Shown here: piece by piece, positions 37,248 through 48,398 of the stretch
Position numbering within the stretch: position 1 is the first letter of the stretch
How the letters are laid out: each line of letters opens with the position of its first letter
DNA from: Amphiscolops sp. MND2022
Lineage: Eukaryota
Length of the DNA stretch: 64,000 nt
Direction of reading: 5' to 3'
Assembly: GCA_964187785.1 (NCBI GenBank)
Contig: OZ076409.1
Coordinates: 4,838,001-4,902,000, forward strand
Translations under genes and position numbers: made by a program
Notes under the pieces: model-generated
The model's database searches: none
The model's input: the letters and a program-made list of their open reading frames with translations, nothing else
What the model was told of the DNA's origin: nothing

Positions 37248-39076
37248 TAGGTCTTCTCCCTATCCGCTTCTTCACACATTCCCAGAGGTTTTGAATAGTA
37301 TGTCGTTCAATCGTTGAGCAAATAGTCTTCAAAGAAACTGTTCTTATATAGTTGACCATTTATAGTTGTAAGTGTTACAACCCACAAAATCTCTATTCGA
37401 TTGAGGTCCGAAGAGTTCGCTGACCACTCCGTTAGTCGCTTTCCCGCCAATTATTGAATGCATTGAAACACTCTAGCCACGAGGGAAGCGTGGGACAGAA
37501 CCTTAATATGTTGTTTCGATACGCAACGCCTTGTGAATCCGTCTGGACCATTCAAGGTTGTTCTACGTTCGTCAGTAAAGAAGCAATTTGCAAAAGGGTG
37601 TTTCATGTATCTAGACGGAAATTCAACTCTCCTTTCTTTATGGGTGATGGTCAGTCAGCGTATGCTTTCAATTCAGATTGGATTTTTCTCCAGCGCCTGG
37701 CTCTAGAGTTGACTTGAAGAATGGTTCCATTGAAACGCTCTCGAGTAGTTGCGGGTGACTCCCATTTTTAAAAACCGTCATTTTTTGGTTTTTTAAAAGT
37801 TACCTTTGTCAATTTTAGTTTTGACTGTGTGCCCCTTTTGCACAAAATTGTTTTTTGTTCGGTCATCTCGAGATAACAGTTTGGAAATTTCAATGGTACT
37901 CTTCTGATTAGACAACAATTTGACTATCTGAACTGTTTCATTTGTTGTCAAATCACGGTACCGGAAATTCAACTCTCCTTTCTTTATGGTTGATGGTCAG
38001 CTATATGCTGATGTTAATGTTGCCTGCATAGGTATTTGCAATATCAGGAAATAATCTGAGAAAAATGAATGAGAGTGTAAATTTTGAAAGTGATCAATTT
38101 GTGAAACAAATAATTGTTGTAATTAAATTTCATCCATAATAACCGAAGAAGTCATTTATGAATTTCGGCAGTAATCAATAAATCTCGTAACAGCAGAGTC
38201 TAACAGTACACCCGAACATCTTTCAAGGTAGACAACGTAAACATTTGCATACAAGATGTCAAAAGCTTCCCGAGTTTCATTTTGTCTCCGGTCAGTCATT
38301 CAGAACAACATCAGTTTCGAGGACAACATCAAGCACAAATGGGAAGTACTTTGAACTTAAATGATAAAATCGTTATCTGGAACCTCGATTTCATTTCAAT
38401 CACTGTTTACAAACGTGTTTCTCACTTTTTAAAGACAGCTAAATTCAGACTCCCTCTTCGTTCGGAAACACATTTTGATATTTTGTTTATTCATACTGGG
38501 TGAACCAAAAATTGACGAAAATTTCATTTTTCAAAAACGTAATATTTGTGAACAAAGCACATAGAATCTCTCACTTTTCTGTCAAACTTGAGCTATCATT
38601 AAGTAATTATATCATTAAGTAATCAGTTTTTCTACCGTGGTTGCTTGAAACATTCTGAAAATGTCTAGCCATATTTATCAATCAATTCGTTCTCACTTTT
38701 GATGTGTGAAAGTTCTTTCACGTAGAAAAAACCGTTTAAGATGTTCACAGTTGAAAGTTTTGAAATTTTTGTTGACAAATATTTGAAATTTTGAGTGGTT
38801 CAACCAAGGTCTTTTGGTTCAAGTTGGTATTTGGTGCCTTGTTTGAGCTAATACATGTACCGTTTTTTGCAGATAACCTTGAAGTGGTTTTGATTTTGCT
38901 TCAGCAGCAAACGATTAAACTGATGTTTTTTTAACGGGTACTTAGCTGTCATTTTCTCACGACGTTAACTAAGTGGTATTTCTAACCGCTATCACACAGA
39001 CCCATGAAACCTGGCTGAATGATGAATGTGCATCTATGATTTGATAAGAAGAGCCCTTTAATATTGAATATCTAAC

Positions 39077-39195
39077 CTGTGAATTCTTTCTCCAACCTCT
39101 GTTTCTCTTGGGTCAAACTCTGTTCCATTTCCTGTGTCATTTCCTCCCACTCACTGACCCGGTCATTCTGCGTGCCTCGTAATTTCTCCTCGAAT
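39077..39195 (-). CDS. Host gene exon: coiled coil (not in the ORF track)
   Basis: Acceptor ttttccaccaatcAG, donor G|GTTAGA; phase 2/1; FEEKLRGTQNDRVSEWEEMTQEMEQSLTQEKQRLEKEFT resembles the EEMEQQI-type segment of CRACR2A/RASEF coiled coils. Confidence 0.85.
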
Positions 39196-40044
39196 CTGAT
39201 TGGTGGAAAAACTGGCCAATAACCTTGTGGCAATTGTGAACCAATTTATTTTTGGGGCTTCGAGCTTCACGACATGCCCACATGATCAATTGTTTTTGCA
39301 GATTTTCGAACAGGTCATTAGCCTGATTTTCAAACTAATGAAGAAAATTTCTCAAAACCGAGAAAAGATATGGATACCATGTTGTCGCTAAACGCTGCGC
39401 AAAATTTTAGGCTATATTTTCGCCGGAAACTTTTTTTCAAAAACCGACTTCCTTGTTTTGAAAAAACGCAATTTTCAGTATTTTTTATCTTTTTGATCAT
39501 CCATATCTTAGAACCTATACCTTGCCTAAAAGTCCCATGTTGAGCACTCCCTGCGAATCGGTACAGATCTGCACAGATCCTGACAGATATTCCAGGATTG
39601 TTCGAAAATTGAATAGTCATAAATTCAGTTTTCGAAAAAGAAATTAGTTGGTTAAAAAGTGCTCTACGAAAAAAACACGCCTCCTATTCGAAGTTTTTAA
39701 AAAAATTCTGTGCGAATCTGTACAGATCTGTACAGATCCTTGCAGATATTCCAGGATTTGTTAAAAATTAACCATACCAATAAATTACTATGACGTATTC
39801 TGAGTTTCCAGCAATTACTAAAACTACTCCAGCAAACCATGTTCCCGAAGTATTACAACCACAGCACTCTATCATCACCCCAGAAGGTTGTTACATGTCA
39901 AATTTCATCCGTCAAAACGAAGTCAAAATGGCAAACGAGTCTCTCAAAGTTGAAAAACCACTTCTGGAAAGTTCAAGTGAAATGGATAAATTGCAGTGTA
40001 TAACCAACACCGAACATTCCCCAGACACCAAAATTACCGTGATG

Positions 40045-40456
40045 TGAGCTGTTAAAAAGTTTGGTGGTTGTTTCTTTTATACGAGTTAGAACTGACATAA
40101 GAAGTCTAAGATTTTAACAGCAGAGTCGTCTTATCTTTTATCTTATAGCTAGCTAGTTCAGAGTACAATCTATTTCTGAGATCTCAGTTCTTGAAGTGCT
40201 GGAAGAAGACTGATTGCTAGGAAGAATTCTCAATTTCTCCGAGTAGATATATTCTATTAACTAGGGTAGGTTACATCAATTAATATTGTGACAGCAACAG
40301 GATGAAGCAGGGAAGTTTGATACAGGATCTATTAAATGAAGTTTCTTCTAGAATAATTAGTTTCTAGATTCAATTAGATTTACTAATTTCTTCTGTTAAG
40401 AGTTCAGAGTATTTCAGATTTATAAAATCTTTGAGGACATGCATCATGGCATCACA
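40045..40456 (-). repeat. 3' LTR
   Basis: 412 bp; TGTGAT...AGCTCA on the element strand. Confidence 0.97.
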
Positions 40457-41633
40457 ATCAACCGGGAATTTAAAAATAAAAATTATATATATGCACTTTT
40501 GAGTTTGAGGAGTTCAAGAAGTTTTTGTTATGTGCATGGGTTTGTTTCATATGTGTTGTATTACAGTTGCATGAGTTTCGTTTTGTAGAGTACCATACTT
40601 AAGGAGTGAGAACAACCTAAGACGATTTGACTTCTTACGTCATAGACGATTCAATTGGTGCAAAAAGGTTCAAACAGGTTCAAGTTCTTTCAGTTTCTTT
40701 GACTGACAAGTTCTTTGAAGTTATTGTTGACAACTATTTATTCTTTCATGTTTCTTTATCGTACGTATCAGCTTTATTCTTTCATGTTTCTTTTTCGTAC
40801 GTATCAGCCATCGGCTTGTTGAAAAAGTTTGTTTCATCAACATGAGTTAGTCAGCATTGAAAACTTTTTAAGTTGAAGAATTAAAGCGTGGAGTTGTCAA
40901 TGAGTTGTGAACCAACATTGGCGGGTATGTGAACCAAAAGTGAAGAAAATTTGAAAAGTCAAGGTTGAAGTGAGAGTTCATTTTCACCAAAAGTGAAGAG
41001 TAGAGCAGAAGCAAGAGTTGAAAAAAAACTTTGGCTATTCCAAGTTTCAAACATTTGAAAACTAGAAGTGACATTTTTCACAAGTGACAATTTTCAAGAG
41101 TTCGAAAGAAAATTTTGGAAAATTTTTTGGGAATGCTTTCGAGGGTTAAAGGAAAGTTGTAGAAAATGTTTTGTAAAAGAAAAATTTTTGTCCAAAAATC
41201 TTAGAAAATTTCATGTGCTGTAAGTAGGACTTGTGTTCTGTAAAAAGACGGGGATTAAAATGTATTTTGGAGTGGATAATTATGTAAGATAATGTTAAAG
41301 TTCTATACACAATACAATGGAAGTAAATAATATTGTGGTTACAAGAATAATTATGGGTAGAATTTGGGAAGGATTATGGTTAATGGGGGGTAATTATACA
41401 ATGGTTAGATAAGATTAGGATTAAATAAGATTATATAGCGCTAAAGATTAGATAGGAATATATATCACTAGTATACTACGATTAGATAAGATTATATAGC
41501 ACTAAAAATTAGATAGGAGTATATAGCACTAGTCTATATTAAAGTTATGATTTGATTAAAATAGGTTACAGGTTATATTGGTTATAAATGATTATACAGT
41601 TCAGTTTGAAATTTGTATTGGCCATTGGAGTAT

Positions 41634-41817
41634 GAAGACCAGTTCACGAAGTCAGCAGTTGAGGTGTGAAGAAGACCAGTTCACAAAGTCAGCAGTTGAG
41701 GTGTGAAGAAGACCAGTTCACAAAGTCAGCAGTTGAGGTGTGAAGAAGACCAGTTCACGAAGTCAGCATTGGAGGATGAAGACCAGTCACGAAGTCAGCA
41801 TTTGAAGTGTGAAGACC
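41634..41817. repeat. 37-bp tandem repeat (about 5 copies) in the retroelement 3' region
   Basis: Unit gaagaccagttcacaaagtcagcagttgaggtgtgaa at 41634, 41671, 41708, 41745, then degenerate copies; no spacers. Confidence 0.9.
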
Positions 41818-42037
41818 GATGACGAGGACAATTTTTGGCAACGTCGATGAACCCAAAGTGTAGATGGATGTTGTTGACCATCGTGGGTGGGTGAAGTGAA
41901 GAGTTTCAGCATGTGTAGGAGTTCTTGGAAGTAATCATCAACCACATTTCGAAGCATCATCGAAAGAAGATGAAGAATTTGGAAACGAAATGTAGTCAAA
42001 GAAAGAAATAGAAGTAAGTAGAAGTTTGTGTTAGAGA

Positions 42038-42490
42038 TTATTGAAAGAGAGAGTTTTGCGATGGAGGATGAGGTTGGTGTTGGATCGGGTCATAAAGTTC
42101 TAGTTGTTGAGTATACCCGAAATCTTTCAGCATATTATTAAAAGCATCTGTAGCTTCTTGGATAGCAGTACGAAAGTACTGATCCTTTGACGTAAAGGAC
42201 GAATTGAGGACGAAAACAACATTAGATGCCGTTTCACAAATGGCAATTTTAGGTCCTTGAAGATGGATTCGCGAATATTGCTCGAAAGTGATTTTCTTTT
42301 TCTTTATTTGCGTGACATTGTAGAGTACTTTTAAGAAAGCGATGAGACATTTTGGCGTAATTTTGTTTTTGTGAATCTCAAGCGAGAGTTTGAAGGCCAT
42401 GGTATGATATATGGCGGCTTTAAGACTATGCACTTTCGAAAATTCTGAAGTCATTGTTAGAATGTCGTTTGTTTCAGCATTTGGAGCCAT
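42038..42490 (-). CDS. Retroelement accessory ORF C (150 aa)
   Basis: Sense ORF with ATG in ataATGg context; no recognisable motif. Confidence 0.55.
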   Translation of the reverse strand: MAPNAETNDILTMTSEFSKVHSLKAAIYHTMAFKLSLEIHKNKITPKCLIAFLKVLYNVTQIKKKKITFEQYSRIHLQGPKIAICETASNVVFVLNSSFTSKDQYFRTAIQEATDAFNNMLKDFGYTQQLELYDPIQHQPHPPSQNSLFQ

Positions 42491-42899
42491 TATGACGAGA
42501 GTTTGAAGAATACGAAGAAAGAGAGGTTGGGATGTTCTGAAAGAATTTGGATGAAGGAGAAGGAAGAATGGATGTTTCTAAAACAAAGGAAGTGTGAGAA
42601 GAAAGACAATATCAAGTCAAAGATGTACAACAAAAATGGGTGCTATAATGTGCCACATGTAGTATTATTTTAGATTGTCTTGTATGTCTTGTATTGTAGT
42701 GTTTAAAATAAAAAATAGTTAGTTTTTGGCATGTACTGTAGGAGAAATTAGTGTACTTAAAAAACAGTCCTGAGATTTCATTCAAAAGTAAAGATTTTTG
42801 TTAAATAAAAATGAAAATACCTTGTAGAATGTGCCACAGATGTACCAAAGAATGTATCAGAGAAGAAAATTTAAAACTTTATATTACCTGTAGAGAAGT

Positions 42900-43532
42900 T
42901 TAATGAAGATTAGTTGAATTAAAAAGAGTAGTTAAAGTTTCCAAAGCAGATTGAATTGCTTGGGATGATTGAGTGATGCGTTGAGAATCTAAATCGAGTG
43001 TCTGAAGGAGTTTGTGTGTTCTGTCATAACAGTGTAGTATATGTGTGAGTGTTGTGATAGGTGTTTCAGAGGAGTTTCGTTTATAGGGTTCCAGTAAATT
43101 TGTTATGTCTCGAAGTGTTCGATTGTTTAATACAGAGGAAAGTTTGTCATGAGTGTTTTTGATGGGCGAAGTGTGTGATTTATGTTCAGTTTTTTGTTCA
43201 GCTTGTACCATGAAAGAGATAGTTTTGGCAGATATAAAGAGAAGTTCATTGTAGGAATACGTTTGTTTGTAGAGTGCTGTATAGTATGTTCTATCTTTAT
43301 CGTCAAGTGGAGAAGAAACGAGGTGTTTAATAACAGTAAGAGGTTTTGCAATTTGAGTAGGGATGTTGCAAGGCAACAAAAAATCATCGTAATGTATGAG
43401 ATATTCTTGAGGTACAATAAGTGGACGTGAAGTATTGTTATATGGAAGCAAACAGAAGTATTGCTTTATAGGGTCATAGTTCCGAAGATAGCCTGTTATA
43501 CAGGAGTGATCGAGAGTGTACATATTTGTCAT
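42900..43532 (-). CDS. Retroelement accessory ORF B (210 aa)
   Basis: Sense ORF, ATG overlapping the TGA of ORF A; no recognisable motif. Confidence 0.6.
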   Translation of the reverse strand: MTNMYTLDHSCITGYLRNYDPIKQYFCLLPYNNTSRPLIVPQEYLIHYDDFLLPCNIPTQIAKPLTVIKHLVSSPLDDKDRTYYTALYKQTYSYNELLFISAKTISFMVQAEQKTEHKSHTSPIKNTHDKLSSVLNNRTLRDITNLLEPYKRNSSETPITTLTHILHCYDRTHKLLQTLDLDSQRITQSSQAIQSALETLTTLFNSTNLH

Positions 43533-44245
43533 TGTGAACGGTGATGTATATTTGTAATTGACAAAAATATAATTTTGTGGTTTGTGTAGTGTAGAAATTT
43601 AGTATATGTCTGATGATGAGAAGCTTTTTGTGCTATAGAGAGAAAGGATGGATCAGATTCATCCGTTTTGAGATCGTATATAGAAGGTCTAAGAAAATTG
43701 AATTGGAGAGAGAAAATTTTAACTCCATTCTCGAGCCAATATTGGTATGGACCCATTATTTTGGAAGCAATGGATGTGAAGAAGTCTTGATTTTTGTCAT
43801 ATAAGCGAAATGAGTAGTCAGTAGGATGCATATATAGAGAAGTTAGTTGTGCTTTGAAGACGAAATCGTCAGTGGAAAGAATTGAGATCAAATGATCATC
43901 GCGATTCGTGCAAAGTGAAATTTTTGAAGGTATTGAAGGAGGATATATTGGTGATGAAAGAAAGATTGGATCTTTCATTATTTCATATCGCTTTTTTGGA
44001 GGAGGTGGTGTCGATTGTGTATGATCAGTATCGTCTTGTGGAGGAGTAGGTTTTGGTTTTTCATTTTCAACTTTTGTGTGTTCCATTGGTTCAAGAAAAG
44101 TTGGAGGTGTTTTTTCAGAAGTATCAATATAGAGAACAGGAGAATCATTTGAAAGAGGTCTTGTTATAAGATCTGTTGGGGTTGCTTGTTCAAGCTGTGT
44201 TTGTAGGTCAATTTGTGCTTGTGTCATTGTTTGAGAAAGCATCAA
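43529..44245 (-). CDS. Retroelement accessory ORF A (238 aa, Pro-rich N-terminus, PPKKR NLS-like)
   Basis: Sense to gag-pol, downstream of env; its stop overlaps the next start (ATGA). Confidence 0.6.
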   Translation of the reverse strand: MMLSQTMTQAQIDLQTQLEQATPTDLITRPLSNDSPVLYIDTSEKTPPTFLEPMEHTKVENEKPKPTPPQDDTDHTQSTPPPPKKRYEIMKDPIFLSSPIYPPSIPSKISLCTNRDDHLISILSTDDFVFKAQLTSLYMHPTDYSFRLYDKNQDFFTSIASKIMGPYQYWLENGVKIFSLQFNFLRPSIYDLKTDESDPSFLSIAQKASHHQTYTKFLHYTNHKIIFLSITNIHHRSQ

Positions 44246-44491
44246 CAGTCACAGTGTTATCTATTCCAAGAGGCCTTAGCACTTTAAAGTTAAAGTACTA
44301 TAAATTACACTAACGAGTGGATTTGTCAACTTTAGTTGAAGAGTTTTTGAAGATGGTTATTATGAGAGAAGTATTATTGGACTGAGGAAGATGAATTTCT
44401 GCAAGAGTTTCAAGTGGTGGAGGAGTAGCAATTGTGAAGAAATAACAGGCGAGTGTTCTGGAAGAGAGTTACAGAAGAACTGAGAGAGAGT

Positions 44492-47239
44492 TCAAGAAGA
44501 TGGAGGAGGGAAAGGATAGTTTATTCGTGAATAGATTTTAATTGGTGTATCCGTAGTAGAAGTGACAGAATTGTTAATTAAAGTGTCATGTTGAGTAGTT
44601 AGATTGTCATTCGAGTGCAAGTTTTTATGAGTATAATTAGGAAGTGGGGGATGTTGGACAGAAGAGAAAGGAAGTGGAGTCGTTTTATGGTGAGAATTGT
44701 GGTGTCGTTTCGGAAAGAAGTTAAATTTAGGAAATTGAATTTTGTTAGATCGTTTAGTATAAAAAGGTGGAGGGGAAGTAACATCTGTAGAATGGTTAAT
44801 TAAATTGGGAGAAGTGTCAATAAAGTTATCTAAAGAATTGGATTTGGAAAGTGTACTTTTGGGTTTTTTGTTTTGAGCCTCATGTAGGTCACTGACCATT
44901 CGTGCTGTAAGAACATTAAAAAAACCATGTGCAATAGAACTAAGTAAAGTAATATTATTTTTAAGATTATATTTAATGGATATTGTTTTGTAAAGTTTAA
45001 CAATAAGTGTAAGAGTAGCTTGTACAAAAAGAAATGTAGAAAAGTATATGCCACATTGTGTAAGAATGTAACAAGGGTATCCAAAAAGTGCAATAAAAGC
45101 ATCAGAGAACCATGTAGGTGTGAAAAGAGGAGTTAAGTTCAAGAGTTTATCATGTAGTCCTATTCGTAATGTATTGTAAGGATTACCAGAGTCTTGAGGG
45201 GAATCTGCATCGTAATTTGGAGTATTAGATGAAATGAATGAATAACTAAGAGATTTACCTAGCAATTGGAGTGTAGAATCAGAGTGTTTAGAAAATAAAA
45301 TACGATTCCAAAATTGATCAAGTTCTGCATTTGAATATATACCAGCATCTTGGGCTGTAAAAGTATTAGGGCGTATTGTAGTTTTGATTTGTGAGGGTGT
45401 AAACATTAGTGGAGGTTTACGTTTGATAGGTTCAGGTCCAAGAATGTGAAAGTCTTGATCATCTGAATCAGGGTCTAGTTCAATAATGTTACGTGGATTA
45501 TTATCACATGTAATTGGTGTAGCATAATCATAAGTTTGTCTTGTAATAGGATCAACGTACATTAAGGTATCTTTAAAATGTATGGGTATACGGTCAAAGC
45601 ATCTATCTGCTTTGTATAAAGGAGATAAAAAATGAGGACAGTCATAAAGCCAGGCGGTTGAGCCTTCAACGTATAAGAAGTTACTTCTATTACCAGTTAA
45701 AAGGAAACCAGCAAGTTGAGGATTTTGTACTGACATTGCGAGTATTGTAAGGAGTTGATTTCGTTCTAGTTCACATATTGTATGAAGAGTATTTAGTTCT
45801 TGTACTGTCATTGATCGAAAAACATGAATAATAGTGTAGTCAATTTTGGTGTTTATTTGTGCATCATAATCAATGGTAGCGAAATTGTTTGATACATTTA
45901 ATGCAGGGAATACAAATTTGTTATTTGAAGTGTCCAATACTATTTTACCAGAGATATACTCATCAATTATGGAATGAGGATTAGGTTGTCCTGTATGCAT
46001 ATTAAAACCATCAGTGTATGTAACAAAAAGGTCTGAGTATTGTGTAGAATAGAGAGGGTCTGGTTTACCACAAAAGGTTTGTGCTGTAGGAAAAACTTCA
46101 AATCTTGAAAGACTTGGGTTATTTGGATGTTGTGTATGAGGAGCATGAACATAAGGGTGTTCTGTACCTTTTATGCCAGAAGCAGTTTGAGATTTTACTG
46201 GATGTGGAGAATGTACAAAAGAGTCTGTTTCAATCCAATATCTATCTTCAATTTTAGTCATACGTCCAATAAAGTTTTGTAGGGTAAAAATTAGACAATA
46301 ATCGTCATTAAACCAAACAAGAGTAAAAGGAGTTTTTGTAGTGGGTTTACAAAAGCCATCTGCAAAATAGCAGGGTAATGTATGTCCATCAATTATCATG
46401 TCATTTGATGTGTCATCATATGTAAGTTCTATTTCAGAAACTTCTAGTCGCCAACTAACTAAGTTGACTTCGAATTGATGATGAGCAGGACAGTTATGAT
46501 AAGGGTTTTTTGTAGGGTCATATATCCAGTTTTTGTCAGCAGGCATAAATGTAAATGTACCTGTATACATTTTGTTCAATTGATAGACAGTGAAAGGAGT
46601 TTGATATTGTTCTAAACGTTCTTGAAAATAATGGTCTTCTAAGAGTGTAAATGTTTTGTTGTAGTTAAGGTTGTTCAATATTTTATCATTTGTACCATTT
46701 AAATGTCTTATAATGTTTTTACATTCTACCGGATCAAGAGTAACAGGAAGCGGTAATGTATTATGATTCCATACGGTTCGATCAACACGACGGTATTTGA
46801 CAGATCCTTGAAAGCATATTTTCCTTTCTTTCTTTGCATAAGCAACACATTTGAAAGCTTTGATACGTTTAGCTTTTGCGCGGACATATACACGGGCTTT
46901 AACACTTGCATGTTTAATGTCAGAAGGAGCTTCAGTGCATTGTTTTACATTAAGTAGATTAAATTGTCTGAGATTGTGTTGTTTTGCACAATCATAATGA
47001 GAAACCATGAGATTTGTAATATTCGGGTCATCCGATGGAAGATAGTTTTCTGTGTCAGGGAGTACTATAGGTATGGAAAAGGTAGAGTTATAGAAGTGTA
47101 AAAAAAGAATTATAGTTGTTATATAAGAGGTTGTGTAGGATTTAAAAGGATGTCTTATATTTAAGACCAGAGTATGGGTTACAGAAGACAATGTTACCAT
47201 ACGTGATAGTGGGTATTTTAAGATCGCGTTCGAATTCAA
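44492..47239 (-). CDS. Envelope-like class III fusion glycoprotein (herpesvirus gB / chuvirus G-like)
   Basis: N-terminal hydrophobic segment, YDC..C start, many Cys and N-x-S/T sites, CELERNQLLTILAMSVQNPQLAGFLLTG..G....YDC..C..IP matching the gB/chuvirus domain III-IV pattern, C-terminal TM and long tail. Confidence 0.8.
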   Translation of the reverse strand: MNSNAILKYPLSRMVTLSSVTHTLVLNIRHPFKSYTTSYITTIILFLHFYNSTFSIPIVLPDTENYLPSDDPNITNLMVSHYDCAKQHNLRQFNLLNVKQCTEAPSDIKHASVKARVYVRAKAKRIKAFKCVAYAKKERKICFQGSVKYRRVDRTVWNHNTLPLPVTLDPVECKNIIRHLNGTNDKILNNLNYNKTFTLLEDHYFQERLEQYQTPFTVYQLNKMYTGTFTFMPADKNWIYDPTKNPYHNCPAHHQFEVNLVSWRLEVSEIELTYDDTSNDMIIDGHTLPCYFADGFCKPTTKTPFTLVWFNDDYCLIFTLQNFIGRMTKIEDRYWIETDSFVHSPHPVKSQTASGIKGTEHPYVHAPHTQHPNNPSLSRFEVFPTAQTFCGKPDPLYSTQYSDLFVTYTDGFNMHTGQPNPHSIIDEYISGKIVLDTSNNKFVFPALNVSNNFATIDYDAQINTKIDYTIIHVFRSMTVQELNTLHTICELERNQLLTILAMSVQNPQLAGFLLTGNRSNFLYVEGSTAWLYDCPHFLSPLYKADRCFDRIPIHFKDTLMYVDPITRQTYDYATPITCDNNPRNIIELDPDSDDQDFHILGPEPIKRKPPLMFTPSQIKTTIRPNTFTAQDAGIYSNAELDQFWNRILFSKHSDSTLQLLGKSLSYSFISSNTPNYDADSPQDSGNPYNTLRIGLHDKLLNLTPLFTPTWFSDAFIALFGYPCYILTQCGIYFSTFLFVQATLTLIVKLYKTISIKYNLKNNITLLSSIAHGFFNVLTARMVSDLHEAQNKKPKSTLSKSNSLDNFIDTSPNLINHSTDVTSPPPFYTKRSNKIQFPKFNFFPKRHHNSHHKTTPLPFSSVQHPPLPNYTHKNLHSNDNLTTQHDTLINNSVTSTTDTPIKIYSRINYPFPPPSS

Positions 47240-48398
47240 TATGTACTACTTCAAAAGGAGCAGGAGAGGTTTGATGTTCTATTTTAGAAACGTGAAATAT
47301 TGGATGAGGATTTAATCCTTGAAATTTGACTTTGACTTCGAATTTAAGTTCTAAATTTGGTGTCTGAAGACGTTTTAGTTCTGTTTCTTTACGTTTATGA
47401 GATAAGAGATCGTTGTTATTAATGAAACGTTCTGCAAGAATTGGAAATCGAGGATCGTTTTGTGGGTCGTAGATAGTTATACCATCGACTCGAAGTGGGT
47501 AATCAGCAAAATTTGGGGTTGGAGGTCTAGAATGTTCTGCAGTATAGTATTCAGGTAGTCTAATATGTGCAGGAACAGGAGTAGGGATTACTACTTTTGA
47601 AAAAAGATCTCCTGATAGGAATGCAGTTTGTGGGTTAGATGAGAGTAATGAAGCGGTTTCAAAACCAGAAGTAAAATAAGGAGATTGAAAGAGTTCTGAA
47701 GATGATGGGTCAGAGGACAATGGTTGAGCGTGTTGTCTTACAAGTCGTAATGCAGAATTGCTAGAAAGAGCGGAAAAATTGAGTGTGGAAGTGTCTGTAC
47801 TAAGTCTACGTGAAGGAAGGTCACGAAGATGATATCTATGTCTAGGTACAAAAAATGAGCTTGTGTCTTGTGATGGAGCGTAGTCAGAAGTATTATTGTC
47901 TAAGAGATTTGAGAGTGATGTAGAGGGTTTTCGAAGATGTTTTAATGGTGGATAAAGTTTTGAAGAAGTAGTGCTAAGTTCTGTAGTGCTAAGTTCTGAA
48001 GGTAATTTTAGTGGAGGTAGTTTCGTATATTCAGTATCAGGAATTTGTACTAGATTAAGTTGAGGTTGGAGTCTAACAGTTTTGATAGCTGTAGGGTGTT
48101 TGTATGTTACGTATTGTTCAACACTTTCAGGGTTTGGTATGTGTATAATAGGAGTGTTAATAGGAGTTTGTTGGGGACGAGTGTTTATAGGAATTTCGGT
48201 TATAGGTGGTCTGTGAAGAAGTGAAGAAGAAGTGGTTTCAGAGATGTATGATCTGGGTCTTTTAGAAGGAGTAGTAGGAGTTACATTACTAGAGTTTGTA
48301 GTGTTTGATACTGAAGATTCAGGTGTAGAAGGAATACTTGGAGCTGATGGAGAGATATCAGAGGGAGGATCCAGGATTGTTGAAGTGTTTTCAACAGG
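47142..48398 (-). CDS. Ser/Thr/Pro-rich open frame between pol and env (419 codons; start apparently damaged)
   Basis: Manual translation shows the 47142-47720 frame is stop-free up to 48398; contains PSAP (48339-48350) and LYPPL (47943-47957). Confidence 0.7.
   Translation of the reverse strand, partial: PVENTSTILDPPSDISPSAPSIPSTPESSVSNTTNSSNVTPTTPSKRPRSYISETTSSSLLHRPPITEIPINTRPQQTPINTPIIHIPNPESVEQYVTYKHPTAIKTVRLQPQLNLVQIPDTEYTKLPPLKLPSELSTTELSTTSSKLYPPLKHLRKPSTSLSNLLDNNTSDYAPSQDTSSFFVPRHRYHLRDLPSRRLSTDTSTLNFSALSSNSALRLVRQHAQPLSSDPSSSELFQSPYFTSGFETASLLSSNPQTAFLSGDLFSKVVIPTPVPAHIRLPEYYTAEHSRPPTPNFADYPLRVDGITIYDPQNDPRFPILAERFINNNDLLSHKRKETELKRLQTPNLELKFEVKVKFQGLNPHPIFHVSKIEHQTSPAPFEVVHIEFERDLKIPTITYGNIVFCNPYSGLKYKTSF

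Noticed and set aside
41634..41817. CRISPR-like 37-bp repeat
   Set aside because: Units are head-to-tail with no unique spacers, there are no cas genes, and it lies inside a eukaryotic LTR element.
44492..47239. Host domestication of the env gene
   Set aside because: LTRs differ at only 2 sites, so an open env frame is expected from youth alone; there is no evidence of host selection.
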